In this document: piece by piece, positions 38,339 to 48,952 of the stretch
Layout: every line of letters starts with the position of its first letter
Numbering within the stretch: position 1 is the first letter of the stretch
Assembly: GCA_949296455.1 (NCBI GenBank)
Contig: CASFOZ010000005.1
Coordinates: forward strand, 1 to 64,000
From: an uncultured Eubacteriales bacterium
GTDB lineage: Bacteria > Bacillota > Clostridia > Christensenellales > CALVMC01
Direction of reading: 5' to 3'
DNA length: 64,000 nt
Made by a program: the position numbers and the translations under genes
The notes under the pieces: model-generated
What the model was told of the DNA's origin: nothing
What the model saw: only the letters and a program-made list of their open reading frames with translations
Databases searched by the model: none

Positions 38339-38881
38339 ATGAATTATAGTATTAAAAAAGGCGACGCCGTTAAAGTTATAAGCGGTAAGGATAAAGGTAA
38401 ATCGGGACAAGTTATTGCCGTTCTTAAAGACCAGCACCGTGTTGTCGTAGAAGGCGTCAATATCGTTTCAAAACACACAAAGCCCAGAAACGCTCAGCAG
38501 AAAGGCGGAATCGTCAAAAGAGAAGGTTCTATCGACATTTCCAATGTAATGCTTGTTTGCGCAAGCTGCGGCAAACCTACGAGAGTAGGTCATAAAATCG
38601 AAAATAACGACGGAAAAGAAAATAAAGTCAGGGTATGCGTAAAATGCGGTTCGGTTATTGCCGAAAACAAAGCAAAAGCAGCCGTTAAAAAGGCTAAAAA
38701 GGCAGTAAAGAAAACCGACGGTAAAGAAGCAGAAGCTTCCGAACCCGTAAAAAAGAACGCTCCCAAAAAGAAAACTTCGGTAGCAGAAAATACAACCGAA
38801 GTCAAAACCGAAGTTAAAACCACAGTAAAAAAGAGGACGGCGGCCGACGCCGATAAAACCTCAGACGGAGGTAATGAATAG
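38339..38881 (+). CDS. rplX: 50S ribosomal protein L24 carrying an unusual Cys4 motif and a ~75-aa Lys/Ala/Thr/Glu-rich C-terminal extension
   Basis: The KOW core [45 protein letters not shown]...[17 protein letters not shown] is L24. It is followed by [13 protein letters not shown]...[11 protein letters not shown] (C-x2-C...C-x2-C) and then [38 protein letters not shown]... Confidence 0.9.
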   Translation: MNYSIKKGDAVKVISGKDKGKSGQVIAVLKDQHRVVVEGVNIVSKHTKPRNAQQKGGIVKREGSIDISNVMLVCASCGKPTRVGHKIENNDGKENKVRVCVKCGSVIAENKAKAAVKKAKKAVKKTDGKEAEASEPVKKNAPKKKTSVAENTTEVKTEVKTTVKKRTAADADKTSDGGNE

Positions 38882-39915
38882 TGGCTGAAAATAAAGTTCA
38901 GGTTGCTAAGGAAACTGCAACCGAAAAAGAAAAAGCTAAAAAGACAACCGAAAGCAAGCCTTCTGCGGAAAAGAAAACTGCCGCAAAAACGGCAACCGAA
39001 AAGAGTGCTTCCGCAAAAACGGTAAACGAGAAAAGCGAAACCGTTAAAAAGACCGCTGCTTCTAAAACAATTGCTTCCAAAACGGCAGCTGAAAAGAAAA
39101 CTTCTGCAAGCAAAACGGAAACCGTAAAGAAACCTGCTGCAAGCAAATCTGCCGATGCGGACAAAACCGCAAAAGCAACTGCCGCAAGCAAAACAACCGC
39201 AAAAACAGCGGCTAATAAAAGCGCTGCTTCTGCAAAATCTGTTTCCGGAACCGCTTCGACAGGAGCAGAGAAAAAAGCTCCCGAAAAAACCGAGAGCAAA
39301 ACTTCTGCCGCTCCCAAAAAAGCCGTAGCCGAAAAAAAGGCTCCCGCAAAACAGATCGAAGCAGAACAAAGCAGATTAAAGCTTCATTATAAAAATACCG
39401 TTGTTCCCGCTCTTATCAAAAAATTCGGATATAAAAACATAAATCAGGTTCCGAAGCTTGAAAAGATTGTCCTTAATATGGGACTCGGAGATGTCAAAGA
39501 CAATTCAAAAAGCGTTCAGATGGCTATCGACGAATTAAAAATGATTGCAGGGCAGAAACCCATTCCGACAAAAGCCAAAAAGAGCGTTGCAAACTTCAAA
39601 CTCAGACAGGGCGCAGTTATCGGTGCGAAAGTAACTCTGAGAGGCGGAAGAATGTACGATTTCCTCGATAAATTTATTTCAATAGCTTTACCGAGAGTAA
39701 GAGACTTCAGAGGTCTTTCGGATAAGTCTTTCGACGGCAGAGGAAATTACGCTACCGGTATCAAGGAACAGCTTATTTTCCCCGAAATATCTTATGACCA
39801 GATTGAAAAAATAAGAGGTTTCGATATCTGCTTCGTAACTACCGCTAAAAACGACGAAGAAGCAAAAGAGTTTCTTAAACTTTTAGGTCTTCCCTTCGTC
39901 AAAAAGGAGGCTTAA
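38881..39915 (+). CDS. rplE: 50S ribosomal protein L5 with a ~165-aa Ala/Lys/Thr/Ser-rich N-terminal extension
   Basis: The C-terminal 180 aa ([42 protein letters not shown]...[28 protein letters not shown]...) are canonical L5. The ORF opens with GTG overlapping the L24 stop (taGTG) and has no internal ATG before the L5 core. The extension reads [23 protein letters not shown]... and is histone-H1-like low complexity. Confidence 0.85.
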   Translation: MAENKVQVAKETATEKEKAKKTTESKPSAEKKTAAKTATEKSASAKTVNEKSETVKKTAASKTIASKTAAEKKTSASKTETVKKPAASKSADADKTAKATAASKTTAKTAANKSAASAKSVSGTASTGAEKKAPEKTESKTSAAPKKAVAEKKAPAKQIEAEQSRLKLHYKNTVVPALIKKFGYKNINQVPKLEKIVLNMGLGDVKDNSKSVQMAIDELKMIAGQKPIPTKAKKSVANFKLRQGAVIGAKVTLRGGRMYDFLDKFISIALPRVRDFRGLSDKSFDGRGNYATGIKEQLIFPEISYDQIEKIRGFDICFVTTAKNDEEAKEFLKLLGLPFVKKEA

Positions 39916-39918
39916 TTT

Positions 39919-40104
39919 ATGGCTAAAAAAGCAATGATAATGAAACAGCAAAGAGCTCCCAAATATTCTACAAGAGCATATACAAGATGCAAAATTTGCG
40001 GAAGACCTCATTCCGTGCTCAGAAAATACGGCATTTGCAGAATATGTTTCAGAGAATTATGTTACAAAGGGCAGATACCCGGCGTAAGGAAGTCAAGCTG
40101 GTAA
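39919..40104 (+). CDS. rpsZ: 30S ribosomal protein S14 type Z (zinc-binding)
   Basis: A 61-aa protein with C-x2-C...C-x2-C ([21 protein letters not shown]) that sits between rplE and rpsH. Confidence 0.95.
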   Translation: MAKKAMIMKQQRAPKYSTRAYTRCKICGRPHSVLRKYGICRICFRELCYKGQIPGVRKSSW

Positions 40105-40120
40105 GGAGGATATAAATATT

Positions 40121-40519
40121 ATGGCAGTAACCGACCAAATTGCAGATATGCTTACCCGCATCAGAAATGCGCTGACTGCAAAACACGAAACAGTTGAAGT
40201 ACCCGCCTCTAAAACAAAAAAGGCAATTGCCGATATCCTTGTCAGCGAGGGCTACATAGAAAGCGCAGAACTCGTGGAAGACGGCGTTCAGGGTAAAATA
40301 GTTATTAAACTTAAATACAGCAGCAAAGGCGAAAAAGTTGTGAACGGACTCAAAAGAATAAGTAAACCGGGTCTCAGAGTTTACGCAAATTGCGATAAAC
40401 TTCCTACCGTTCTTAACGGACTCGGTATAGCGATAATTTCCACTTCAAAGGGAATTATGACAAATAAGCAGGCCAAAGCCGAAAATGTCGGCGGTGAAGT
40501 TCTCGCTTATATCTGGTAA
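40121..40519 (+). CDS. rpsH: 30S ribosomal protein S8
   Basis: [17 protein letters not shown]... is an S8 signature. Confidence 0.97.
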   Translation: MAVTDQIADMLTRIRNALTAKHETVEVPASKTKKAIADILVSEGYIESAELVEDGVQGKIVIKLKYSSKGEKVVNGLKRISKPGLRVYANCDKLPTVLNGLGIAIISTSKGIMTNKQAKAENVGGEVLAYIW

Positions 40520-40529
40520 GGAGGGTATT

Positions 40530-41069
40530 ATGTCAAGAATAGGTAGATTAGCAATAAAAATACCCGCAGGTACCACAGTTACCGTTCAGGACAGTATCGT
40601 CACTGTTAAAGGACCTTTGGGTGAACTTAAACAAAATTATAAAGCTCCTATCTCGGTTAATGTAGAAGGAGACGAAATTCACGTTACGAGGGGAGAAGAA
40701 ACAAAAGAAGCAAAATCTCTCCACGGTCTCTACCGTGCGTTAATTCAAAATATGGTTAACGGCGTTACAAAAGGTTACGAAAAAGGACTCGTTGTAAACG
40801 GCGTAGGTTACAAAGTCGCTATGAGCGGTAAAAAACTCGTTTTGAACCTCGGATTTTCCCATCCTATCGAAATGGAAACTCCCGCAGGTATTACCATTAC
40901 TTGCCCGAGCGCAACCGAAATTACCGTTAAAGGTATTGATAAAGAAGCGGTAGGTCAATGTGCCGCAAATATCAAAGCCCTTAAAAAGCCCGAACCTTAT
41001 CACGGTTACGGTATTCGTTACAACGACGAAGTTATCGAAAGAAAAGAAGGCAAGACGGCCGGTAAATAA
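40530..41069 (+). CDS. rplF: 50S ribosomal protein L6
   Basis: [19 protein letters not shown]... The start at 40530 follows the ggaggg RBS. The upstream ORF in the track (40485) overlaps the rpsH 3' end and was rejected. Confidence 0.93.
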   Translation: MSRIGRLAIKIPAGTTVTVQDSIVTVKGPLGELKQNYKAPISVNVEGDEIHVTRGEETKEAKSLHGLYRALIQNMVNGVTKGYEKGLVVNGVGYKVAMSGKKLVLNLGFSHPIEMETPAGITITCPSATEITVKGIDKEAVGQCAANIKALKKPEPYHGYGIRYNDEVIERKEGKTAGK

Positions 41070-41080
41070 AGGAGTTAATT

Positions 41081-41449
41081 ATGTTTAATAAAGTTGATAA
41101 AAATCTTGTCAGAAAGGACAGACATAAAAGAATCAGAAGCAAAATTAACGGTACCGCCGAAATGCCGAGACTTTGCGTTTACAGAAGCAACGCTCATATC
41201 TATGCTCAGCTCATCGACGATAATGCCGGTAAAACTTTGATTTCCGCTTCCACTACCGAAAAGGCTCTTTCGGAAAAGGTTTCCGGTAAAACCAAAAGCG
41301 AAGCCGCTTTCATGGTCGGAGAACTTATCGGTAAAAAAGCAGTTAAAAAAGGTATTAAACAAGTTGTTTTCGACAGAGGCGGCTACATTTACACCGGCAG
41401 AGTTCAGCAAGTTGCCGAAGGCGCTCGTAAAGCCGGCCTGGAATTTTAA
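41081..41449 (+). CDS. rplR: 50S ribosomal protein L18
   Basis: ...[34 protein letters not shown]... Confidence 0.96.
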   Translation: MFNKVDKNLVRKDRHKRIRSKINGTAEMPRLCVYRSNAHIYAQLIDDNAGKTLISASTTEKALSEKVSGKTKSEAAFMVGELIGKKAVKKGIKQVVFDRGGYIYTGRVQQVAEGARKAGLEF

Positions 41450-41460
41450 GGAGGACTATT

Positions 41461-41973
41461 ATGGTTAAAAGAGATGACAGAGCTCAGAAATCCGACAGCG
41501 ATATAGCAAAAAAAGTCGTTGCAGTCAACAGAGTTACCAAAGTCGTTAAAGGCGGTAGAACTATGAGATTTGCAGCCCTTGTCGTTGTAGGTGACGAGAA
41601 CGGTAAAGTCGGCGTAGGTACGGGTAAGGCTTCGGAAGTTGCGGAATCCATAGAAAAAGCTACCAATGCCGCTAAAAAGAATATGTTCAGTTTCCCGATT
41701 ACAGGTACGAGTATCCCTCATGAAGTCGTAGGTATTTTCGGAAGAGGCAAGGTTTTAATGTTCCCCGCTTCCGCAGGTACCGGCGTTATCGCAGGCGGTG
41801 CGGTAAGAAGTCTTCTCGAAGTTTCGGGTATTAAGGATATCAGAACCAAATCTATCGGTTCCAACAATCCTATTAACAGCATTAAGGCGACTGTTGACGC
41901 TCTTAAACAGCTTAAAACTATCGAGGAAATTGCCGCTCTTCGCGGTAAAACCCCCGACGAAATCAGAGGTTAA
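41461..41973 (+). CDS. rpsE: 30S ribosomal protein S5
   Basis: ...[39 protein letters not shown]... Confidence 0.97.
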   Translation: MVKRDDRAQKSDSDIAKKVVAVNRVTKVVKGGRTMRFAALVVVGDENGKVGVGTGKASEVAESIEKATNAAKKNMFSFPITGTSIPHEVVGIFGRGKVLMFPASAGTGVIAGGAVRSLLEVSGIKDIRTKSIGSNNPINSIKATVDALKQLKTIEEIAALRGKTPDEIRG

Positions 41974-41980
41974 GTGAATT

Positions 41981-42178
41981 ATGGCAAAAAAATCCGATAA
42001 CAAAAAAGTTAAAGTTACACTCGTGAAAAGCACTATCGGCTGCGTTAAAAAACAAAAGGATACAGTAGCCGCTTTAGGGCTCGATAAAATTAATTCATTT
42101 AAAATTCACGACGATACCGCTACCTTAAGAGGTATGATTAGCGTTGTTAATCACTTGGTTAAAGTCGAGGAAGTTTAA
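41981..42178 (+). CDS. rpmD: 50S ribosomal protein L30
   Basis: ...[26 protein letters not shown]... in the expected position. Confidence 0.93.
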   Translation: MAKKSDNKKVKVTLVKSTIGCVKKQKDTVAALGLDKINSFKIHDDTATLRGMISVVNHLVKVEEV

Positions 42179-42189
42179 CGGAGGGTTAT

Positions 42190-42633
42190 ATGAAATTACA
42201 TAATATGTCGCCCGCTCCCGGAGCTAAAACCAATGCTAAAAGACTCGGTAGAGGTATCGGTTCGGGCTTAGGTAAAACCAGCGGTAAAGGTCACAAAGGT
42301 CAATGGGCAAGAAGCGGAGGCGGAGTAAGGCCCGGCTTCGAAGGCGGTCAGATGCCCCTTATCAGAAAGGTTCCTAAAAGAGGTTTTACCAATATATTCA
42401 AAAAAGAGTATACTATCGTAAATCTCGAACAACTTAACGCTTTCGACGACGGCGCTGTCGTTAATGCGGAAAAACTTCTCAAAAAAGGTATTGTTTCCAA
42501 AATCGAACCCTATGGTTTGAAAATTCTCGGCGACGGAAAGCTTACTAAAAAACTTACCGTCAAAGCAAATAAATTTTCCGAATCGGCGGCAAAAGCTATC
42601 GAAAAGGCCGGCGGTAAGGCTGAGGTGCTCTGA
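42190..42633 (+). CDS. rplO: 50S ribosomal protein L15
   Basis: ...[38 protein letters not shown]... TGA stop overlapping the secY ATG. Confidence 0.96.
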   Translation: MKLHNMSPAPGAKTNAKRLGRGIGSGLGKTSGKGHKGQWARSGGGVRPGFEGGQMPLIRKVPKRGFTNIFKKEYTIVNLEQLNAFDDGAVVNAEKLLKKGIVSKIEPYGLKILGDGKLTKKLTVKANKFSESAAKAIEKAGGKAEVL

Positions 42634-43949
42634 TGTTCCATACATTGGTAAACGCTTTTAAAGACAGAGACGTAAGAAGAAAAATACTTCTTACATTTCT
42701 GTTTATAGTGATTTTCAGAATTGGATGTTATATCCCCGTCCCCGGACTCGATATCGACGCCGTTCAAGGTCTTTTCAGCGGTGAAAATGCAGGCTTCGAT
42801 TTCTTTTCCGTTATGGCGACAATAACCGGCGGTTCTTTAAGTAACGGCACGCTGTTTGCTTTGGGTATCGTACCGTATATCAACTCTTTCATTATAATGC
42901 AGCTTTTGACTCTCGTTATTCCTCCGCTCGAAAGACTTTCCAAGGGCGGTGAAGAAGGCAGAGCTAAAATGGTTCAGATTACAAGATATGTCGCTATTGT
43001 TCTCGGTATAGTTCAGGCTATCGGTATTGTTATTTCATGGAATAACAGCGGCGCTATAAGAGATGTTTTCACAAACGGCGAGACCTTGGGTACCGTATTT
43101 ACTATGATTATGGTTATCATTATTCTTACGGGCGGTTCGGTCGGCGTTATGTGGATTGCCGAAAAAATTACCGAATACGGTATCTCTAACGGTACTTCAA
43201 TTATTATCTTTGTCGGTATTATTGCAACGGCAGGAACAAACTTCATAAGCGCTTTCCAGACCGCAACTTCCGATACTACCGTTATATGGTATATCTTAGG
43301 TTACATTCTTATAGTTATTGCAGTTTTCGCTTTGATAGTTTTTGTAGACTTATCGGAAAGAAGAATTACCGTAGTTTACGCTAAACAAGTCAAAGGAAAC
43401 AAAATGTACGGAGGACAGTCTTCGAATATTCCGATAAGGGTAAACGCTTCCGGCGTTATGCCGATTATATTCGCTTCTTCCTTCCTTATGTTTCCGCAGA
43501 TGATTGCCTCTTTCTGGCCTGAAAGCGATTTCTATATTTGGTATTCGCAGTATCTCGGAACGGGTACCTGGGCTTATTCGGTTCTTATGTTTCTGCTTAT
43601 AATATTCTTCTCTTACTTCTATGCGCAGATACAATTTAACCCCGACGATATCGCAAGAAACATACAGCAGTATGCAGGTTCTATTCCGGGTATCAGACCA
43701 GGCAAACCTACAAGCGATTACCTCAGAAGAATCAATAACAGAATCACGCTTTTCGGCGCTCTGTTCCTTGCCTTTGTCGCTCTTATCCCGAGTTTGATTT
43801 TTACGGCAATAGGACAGAAATCAGGTACGGCTCTTTACAATGCTTTCTCTGCAACCGGTATGTTAATCGTAGTCAGCGTTGCTCTCGAACTCAACAAAAA
43901 GTTAGAGTCTCAGATTATGATGAAGCATTACAAAGGTTTCTTGAAATAA
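42633..43949 (+). CDS. secY: Preprotein translocase subunit SecY
   Basis: A 438-aa polytopic membrane protein in the canonical position after rplO, with conserved SecY segments (GIVPYINSFIIMQLLT..., ...NIPIRVNASGVMPIIFASS...). Confidence 0.96.
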   Translation: MFHTLVNAFKDRDVRRKILLTFLFIVIFRIGCYIPVPGLDIDAVQGLFSGENAGFDFFSVMATITGGSLSNGTLFALGIVPYINSFIIMQLLTLVIPPLERLSKGGEEGRAKMVQITRYVAIVLGIVQAIGIVISWNNSGAIRDVFTNGETLGTVFTMIMVIIILTGGSVGVMWIAEKITEYGISNGTSIIIFVGIIATAGTNFISAFQTATSDTTVIWYILGYILIVIAVFALIVFVDLSERRITVVYAKQVKGNKMYGGQSSNIPIRVNASGVMPIIFASSFLMFPQMIASFWPESDFYIWYSQYLGTGTWAYSVLMFLLIIFFSYFYAQIQFNPDDIARNIQQYAGSIPGIRPGKPTSDYLRRINNRITLFGALFLAFVALIPSLIFTAIGQKSGTALYNAFSATGMLIVVSVALELNKKLESQIMMKHYKGFLK

Positions 43950-44331
43950 AAAGTAAATTGAATACAAGTTACTTGAAATAAAGTTAAGTTTTATTAAATA
44001 ATCGATGGAAATAAGACTGAATAAATTGCCGACCAAGGTAATTCGGATGAATTAATATCTGTCGTAAAAAATTAATAAAATCAAAAAAACGAAAGTCTGA
44101 AAAAATAATTATTTCTTAAATATCGGTAACTGCAATTGCCTATTAAATCGAGAGATAAAAGGACAGGCTGCCGATTTAAAAGAAAAACCGAATTATAACA
44201 ATACGGTAAAGGGCAGGCAGCTTTTAAAAGCAAGTATGTTCATTAATAATCTTAATAGAACATAGACATAAAAATTTCCGTAAATGCGGAAACAGGGCAA
44301 CCCAAAAGAGATTTATAAAAAGGAGATAAAA

Positions 44332-44949
44332 ATGAAAGTTATATTTTTAGGCGCACCCGGCGCAGGTAAGGGTACTCAGGCTGAGATAATTTGCGATAAA
44401 CTTTCAATACCCCATATCTCGACAGGGGATATATTAAGAAAAAATATCAAGGAAGAAACCGAACTCGGTAAACTTGCCAAAAGTTATATCGACAGCGGAA
44501 AGCTCGTTCCCGACGAAGTGGTTATAGGTCTTATGAAAAACAGACTTCAAGAGAGCGATTGCAAAAAAGGTTATCTTCTCGACGGCTTCCCGAGAACGGT
44601 AGTACAGGCTCAGGAACTCGATAAATTCGCCTCAATAGATAAAGTCGTAAATATCGATATCGATACCGCTCTTTTAACAGCCCGTATAACAGGCAGAAGA
44701 ATGTGTCAGTGCGGAGCAAGCTATCATATTTCAACGCACAGTTCCGATATATGCGACAAGTGCGGTGCAAAACTTTATCAGAGAGACGACGATAAGGAAG
44801 AAACTGTTAAAAACAGAATTTCCGTTTATAATCAGCAGACAAAACCTTTAATCGACTACTATGATAAACAAGGTAAACTTGTCACCGTAGACGGGAGCGC
44901 CGAAATTAACAAACTTTCCGAAATTATCTTAAAAGAGCTTAGTAAATGA
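44332..44949 (+). CDS. adk: Adenylate kinase (zinc-binding lid variant)
   Basis: MKVIFLGAPGAGKGTQA... is a P-loop, and the lid carries CQCG...CDKCG. The start at 44332 follows the aaaaggag RBS. The longer ORF in the track from 44284 was rejected. Confidence 0.95.
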   Translation: MKVIFLGAPGAGKGTQAEIICDKLSIPHISTGDILRKNIKEETELGKLAKSYIDSGKLVPDEVVIGLMKNRLQESDCKKGYLLDGFPRTVVQAQELDKFASIDKVVNIDIDTALLTARITGRRMCQCGASYHISTHSSDICDKCGAKLYQRDDDKEETVKNRISVYNQQTKPLIDYYDKQGKLVTVDGSAEINKLSEIILKELSK

Positions 44950-45689
44950 TGATTGTTAAAACGGCAGAGCAAATCGAAAGAATGCGTGAGCCTTGCCTTA
45001 TTGTCAGAGATTTACTGAAAATGATAGAAAGCGAAATCAGACCGGGCATAACTACCAAAAAACTCGATTTACTGATTTTCGATTTTATAAAAAAACACGG
45101 AGCCGTACCTTCCTTTCTCGGCTATAACGGTTATCCCGCTTCGGCTTGTATATCCGTTGAAGACGAGGTTGTGCACGGAATTCCTTCGGACAGAATTTTG
45201 CACGAAGGCGAAATAGTCAGTATAGATGTAGGAGCCTATAAAAACTCTTTCCATTCAGACGCAGCAAGAACCTTCCCGGTAGGAAGAATAAGCCCTTTGA
45301 AAGAAAAACTTATCAAGGTTACCGAAGAATGTTTCTTTAAAGGTTTTGATATTTTGAAAGACGGAGTAAGACTCGGCGATTTAGGTTATGCTATTCAAAG
45401 CCATGCGGAAAATAACGGCTTCTCCGTCGTAAGGTCTCTTGTAGGACACGGTGTGGGACTCAATCTTCACGAAGACCCTAATATCCCAAACTACGGTAAG
45501 CCGGGAAGAGGACTCAGACTCAGAGCCGGTATGACCGTCGCTATCGAACCTATGATTAATGCGGGCGTTTACGAAGTCAATGTTTTAGACGACGGCTGGA
45601 CGATAGTTACGGCAGATTCGAAACCTTCCGCCCATTACGAAAATACCGTTCTTATTACGGAAGACGGTGCGGAAATTCTGACACTGTGA
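44946..45689 (+). CDS. map: Methionine aminopeptidase type I
   Basis: ...HGIPSDRILHEGEIVSIDVGAYKNSFHSDAARTF...GHGVG..LHEDP... ATGA overlap with adk. Confidence 0.95.
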   Translation: MMIVKTAEQIERMREPCLIVRDLLKMIESEIRPGITTKKLDLLIFDFIKKHGAVPSFLGYNGYPASACISVEDEVVHGIPSDRILHEGEIVSIDVGAYKNSFHSDAARTFPVGRISPLKEKLIKVTEECFFKGFDILKDGVRLGDLGYAIQSHAENNGFSVVRSLVGHGVGLNLHEDPNIPNYGKPGRGLRLRAGMTVAIEPMINAGVYEVNVLDDGWTIVTADSKPSAHYENTVLITEDGAEILTL

Positions 45690-45696
45690 GGCTCGT

Positions 45697-45936
45697 ATGA
45701 TTATAGGTGATATAGTTCTTTCAAAATCGGGCAGAGATAAAGGGTGCAGATATATGGTCGCAGATATCATTAACGAGAAATTCATTCTCGTGTGCGACGG
45801 AAAACACCACTCGATTCAAAGTCCGAAAACCAAGAATGTAAAGCATGTCGTAAAATTATCGGACGGTAACCCCGATTATCTTTCGGATAAACCAGGGTCG
45901 GATAAAAAGCTGTATAAATACTTAAACAGCGATTAG
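45697..45936 (+). CDS. KOW-domain RNA-binding protein (ybzG-like), the typical Firmicutes gene between map and infA
   Basis: A 79-aa protein reading MIIGDIVLSKSGRDKGCRYMV...FILVCDGKHH (KOW motif). Position and size match the conserved map-KOW-infA arrangement of Bacilli/Clostridia. Confidence 0.8.
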   Translation: MIIGDIVLSKSGRDKGCRYMVADIINEKFILVCDGKHHSIQSPKTKNVKHVVKLSDGNPDYLSDKPGSDKKLYKYLNSD

Positions 45937-45948
45937 GAGGTAAATGTT

Positions 45949-46170
45949 TTGTCAAAAGACGATGTTATCGAAGCCGAAGGCAAAGTCGTGGAAGTACTGC
46001 CTAACGCTAACTTTAAAGTAAAACTTTCAAACGACAGAGTTATTCTCGCTTACCTTTCGGGAAAGCTCAGAATGAACTATATTAAAATTCTCGAAGGCGA
46101 TAATGTCACGGTCGAAATGAGTCCTTACGACTTGACCAAAGGCAGAATCGTTTGGAGAAGTAAAAATTAA
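45949..46170 (+). CDS. infA: Translation initiation factor IF-1
   Basis: [72 protein letters not shown] start 8 nt after the aggagg RBS. Confidence 0.95.
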   Translation: MSKDDVIEAEGKVVEVLPNANFKVKLSNDRVILAYLSGKLRMNYIKILEGDNVTVEMSPYDLTKGRIVWRSKN

Positions 46171-46228
46171 TTTACAATTTTCGGTTTTTCTTTGATTAAA
46201 GATTTACCGCTATCAATGGAGGATAAAT

Positions 46229-46345
46229 ATGAAAGTAAGACCATCTGTAAAGCCTATGTGCGATAAATGTAAAATCATTAAAAGACACGGCAATGTTATG
46301 GTTATATGTCCTAAAAGCAAAAGCCATAAACAAAAACAAGGTTAA
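46229..46345 (+). CDS. rpmJ: 50S ribosomal protein L36 (38 aa, not in the ORF track because it is under 60 aa)
   Basis: [38 protein letters not shown], read manually. RBS ggagga. Confidence 0.93.
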   Translation: MKVRPSVKPMCDKCKIIKRHGNVMVICPKSKSHKQKQG

Positions 46346-46394
46346 AGTTAATTCGGTTTTTATATTAAAATCGTTTGTTAATTAATTTTCTTTG

Positions 46395-46403
46395 TGTTAT
46401 AAT
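46395..46403 (+). promoter_or_regulatory. Extended -10 element (TGtTATAAT), candidate internal promoter for the alpha operon
   Basis: tgttataat lies ~130 nt upstream of rpsM in a 190-nt non-coding gap. No good -35 is present. Confidence 0.4.
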
Positions 46404-46534
46404 AATGTTCTGTTAAATTCCCGTATATGAAGCGGCTGAGCCTGTATCATTCCGATTTCATACAGGTGCAAGTATCGGGTGTTTATATATTACTAACAGG
46501 GTAATAACCCGCAAAACCTAACGGAGGTATTTTA

Positions 46535-46906
46535 ATGGCTCGTATAGCTGGTGTAGATTTACCACGCGAAAAGAGAGTGGAAATCGGTTTAACCTACATT
46601 TACGGTGTAGGCAGAGTAACCTCGAATAAAGTGCTCGAAGCTACCGGTATTAATCCCGATACAAGAGTCAAGGACCTTACGGAAGAGCAGATTTCGGCTA
46701 TCCGTGAATACCTTGAAAAGCACGTTACCGTCGAGGGCGATTTAAAAAGAGAAGTAATGTTAAATATCAAAAGGCTTAATGAAATAGGCTGCTACAGGGG
46801 TGTTCGTCACAGAAAACACCTTCCTTGCCGTGGCCAAAGCACTAAGCAAAACGCTAGAACCTGCAAAGGTCCCAAGCGCACGGTTAGCCGTAAAAAAAGC
46901 AAGTAG
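46535..46906 (+). CDS. rpsM: 30S ribosomal protein S13
   Basis: [26 protein letters not shown]... Confidence 0.97.
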   Translation: MARIAGVDLPREKRVEIGLTYIYGVGRVTSNKVLEATGINPDTRVKDLTEEQISAIREYLEKHVTVEGDLKREVMLNIKRLNEIGCYRGVRHRKHLPCRGQSTKQNARTCKGPKRTVSRKKSK

Positions 46907-46916
46907 GAGGTAGAAT

Positions 46917-47312
46917 ATGGCAGCAGCAGCTAAAAGCACAGCTAAAAAGCGTAAAGATTCCAAGCGTGTTGACAAAGGTATTGTACATATTCATTCTTCC
47001 TTCAACAACACAATAGTAACTATAAGTGATACTTTCGGCAATGTTCTTTCTTGGTCCAGCGCCGGAAAACTTAAACTTTCAGGTTCAAGAAAGGGTACGC
47101 CGTTTGCAGCTCAGATGGCAGCAGAAGACGCAGCCAAAAGAGCAAAAGAATACGGACTCCGTTCAGTCGAAGTCTATGTAAAAGGACCCGGTAACGGTAG
47201 AGAATCCGCTATCCGTGCCCTTCAAACAGCTGAACTCGAAGTAACTTTAATTAAAGATGTTTCGCCGATACCCCATAACGGGTGCCGTCCCCCGAAACGC
47301 AGAAGACTGTAA
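46917..47312 (+). CDS. rpsK: 30S ribosomal protein S11
   Basis: ...[30 protein letters not shown]... Confidence 0.97.
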   Translation: MAAAAKSTAKKRKDSKRVDKGIVHIHSSFNNTIVTISDTFGNVLSWSSAGKLKLSGSRKGTPFAAQMAAEDAAKRAKEYGLRSVEVYVKGPGNGRESAIRALQTAELEVTLIKDVSPIPHNGCRPPKRRRL

Positions 47313-47323
47313 GGAGGTTATAT

Positions 47324-47947
47324 ATGTCTAAATATACAGGTCCCGATTGTCGTCAGTGCAGAAGGGAAGGCGCTAAACTCTTCCTTAAAGGCGACAGATG
47401 TTATTCGGCAAAATGCGCATTAGTTAAAAGAAGTTCTGTTCCCGGTCAGCACGGCGTAAGCAGAAAAAAAATTACCGACTACGGTCAACAGCTTCGTGAA
47501 AAACAAAAAACCAAAAGAATTTACGGCCTCGGAGAAAAACAGTTCCATAACTATTACCTTAAAGCTGAAAAAATGCGCGGAGTTACAGGTACGAATATGC
47601 TTGTTCTCTTAGAGCGCAGACTCGATAACGTAGTTTACAGATTAGGTCTCGGAACTTCCCGTGCTCAGGCAAGACAAATAGTAAATCACGGTTTAATTAC
47701 CGTAAACGGCAAAAAAGTCAACATACCTTCTTATCTTGTCAGCGTCGGCGACATTATAGCCGTTAAAGAAAATAAACAGGAAAAGATGAATTTCAAAGAA
47801 CTCAAAAGTGCCAAACCCACTCCCACTTTGAAATGGCTCACTTTCGACAACGCTAAGCTCAGCGGTACGGTCACCGCTTTGCCTGAAAGAGAAGATATCG
47901 ACCCGACAATTGCCGAACATATGATTGTCGAGCTCTATTCCAAATAA
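47324..47947 (+). CDS. rpsD: 30S ribosomal protein S4
   Basis: [26 protein letters not shown]... The start at 47324 follows the aaggagg RBS. The ORF in the track (47282) overlaps rpsK and was rejected. Confidence 0.94.
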   Translation: MSKYTGPDCRQCRREGAKLFLKGDRCYSAKCALVKRSSVPGQHGVSRKKITDYGQQLREKQKTKRIYGLGEKQFHNYYLKAEKMRGVTGTNMLVLLERRLDNVVYRLGLGTSRAQARQIVNHGLITVNGKKVNIPSYLVSVGDIIAVKENKQEKMNFKELKSAKPTPTLKWLTFDNAKLSGTVTALPEREDIDPTIAEHMIVELYSK

Positions 47948-47962
47948 GACAGGAGGATTCAA

Positions 47963-48940
47963 ATGATAGAAATTATCAAACCGAAAATTGTCTGTGAGGA
48001 AAGCGTAAAAGACAAATCCGCTAAATTCGTTATCGAACCTTTGGAAAGAGGTTTCGGAACAACTTTGGGGAACGCTTTAAGGCGTATTCTTCTTTCCGCT
48101 CTTCCCGGCGCTGCCGCTCTCGGCATTAAAATCAACGGGGTAAGCCACGAATTTTCTACTATCCCCAATGTAAGAGAAGATGTTTCGGAAATAATTCTCA
48201 ACATTAAAAGTCTTGCTCTTAAAATCAATTCGCCCGAACTTAACGAAGTTAACTATTCCGATAACGATTATACAAAAACCGTTTATATCAGAAAAAATAC
48301 TCCGGGCGATGTTACCGCAAAAGATATCGAACACGATTCCGAAGTCGAAATTAAAAATCCCGACCTTTATATCTGTCATTTGGATGAAGGCGCTAAACTC
48401 GATATGGAAATCGTTTTAGGCGTAGGCAGAGGTTATGTTTCCGCCGATAACAATAAATCGGTTAAACAGCCTATCGGTTATATTCCAATCGATTCTATCT
48501 TTACTCCCGTAGAAAGCGCAAGCTATGCGGTTGAGGGAACCCGTGTCGGTCAGAGCATGAACTATGATAAACTTACTCTCGAAGTTTCCACTAACGGCGC
48601 TTCCACTCCTAAGGAAGTTGTAAGCCTTGCTTCGAGAATTATGGAAGACCACCTCAAATTGTTTGTTAATCTCGTCGATATGATGAGCGGCTACGAAATT
48701 ATTATTAATACCGATAACGATAAACAGCATAAGATTCTCGATAAAAATATCGAAGATTTGGATTTATCCGTTCGTTCTTATAACTGTCTTAAAAGAGCCG
48801 CTATTCATACCGTAAAAGATTTAACTAAACTTTCGGAAGACGATATGCTTAAAGTCAGAAATCTCGGCAGGAAATCACTTGACGAGGTTATTCAGAAACT
48901 TAACGCACTCGGACTCAATTTACGAAATAAGGACGAGTAA
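47963..48940 (+). CDS. rpoA: DNA-directed RNA polymerase subunit alpha
   Basis: ...[24 protein letters not shown]... and the C-terminal domain ...[22 protein letters not shown]... Confidence 0.97.
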   Translation: MIEIIKPKIVCEESVKDKSAKFVIEPLERGFGTTLGNALRRILLSALPGAAALGIKINGVSHEFSTIPNVREDVSEIILNIKSLALKINSPELNEVNYSDNDYTKTVYIRKNTPGDVTAKDIEHDSEVEIKNPDLYICHLDEGAKLDMEIVLGVGRGYVSADNNKSVKQPIGYIPIDSIFTPVESASYAVEGTRVGQSMNYDKLTLEVSTNGASTPKEVVSLASRIMEDHLKLFVNLVDMMSGYEIIINTDNDKQHKILDKNIEDLDLSVRSYNCLKRAAIHTVKDLTKLSEDDMLKVRNLGRKSLDEVIQKLNALGLNLRNKDE

Positions 48941-48952
48941 GGAGAAAAAACA

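Noticed and set aside
37832-38437. 201-aa minus-strand ORF over rplN/rplX
   Set aside because: It is antisense to conserved ribosomal protein genes and has no independent support.
38590-39369. 259-aa and 139-aa minus-strand ORFs across rplX/rplE
   Set aside because: They are antisense to the Ala/Lys-rich low-complexity coding stretch. GCN/AAR repeats read open in several frames. The ribosomal operon context is unambiguous.
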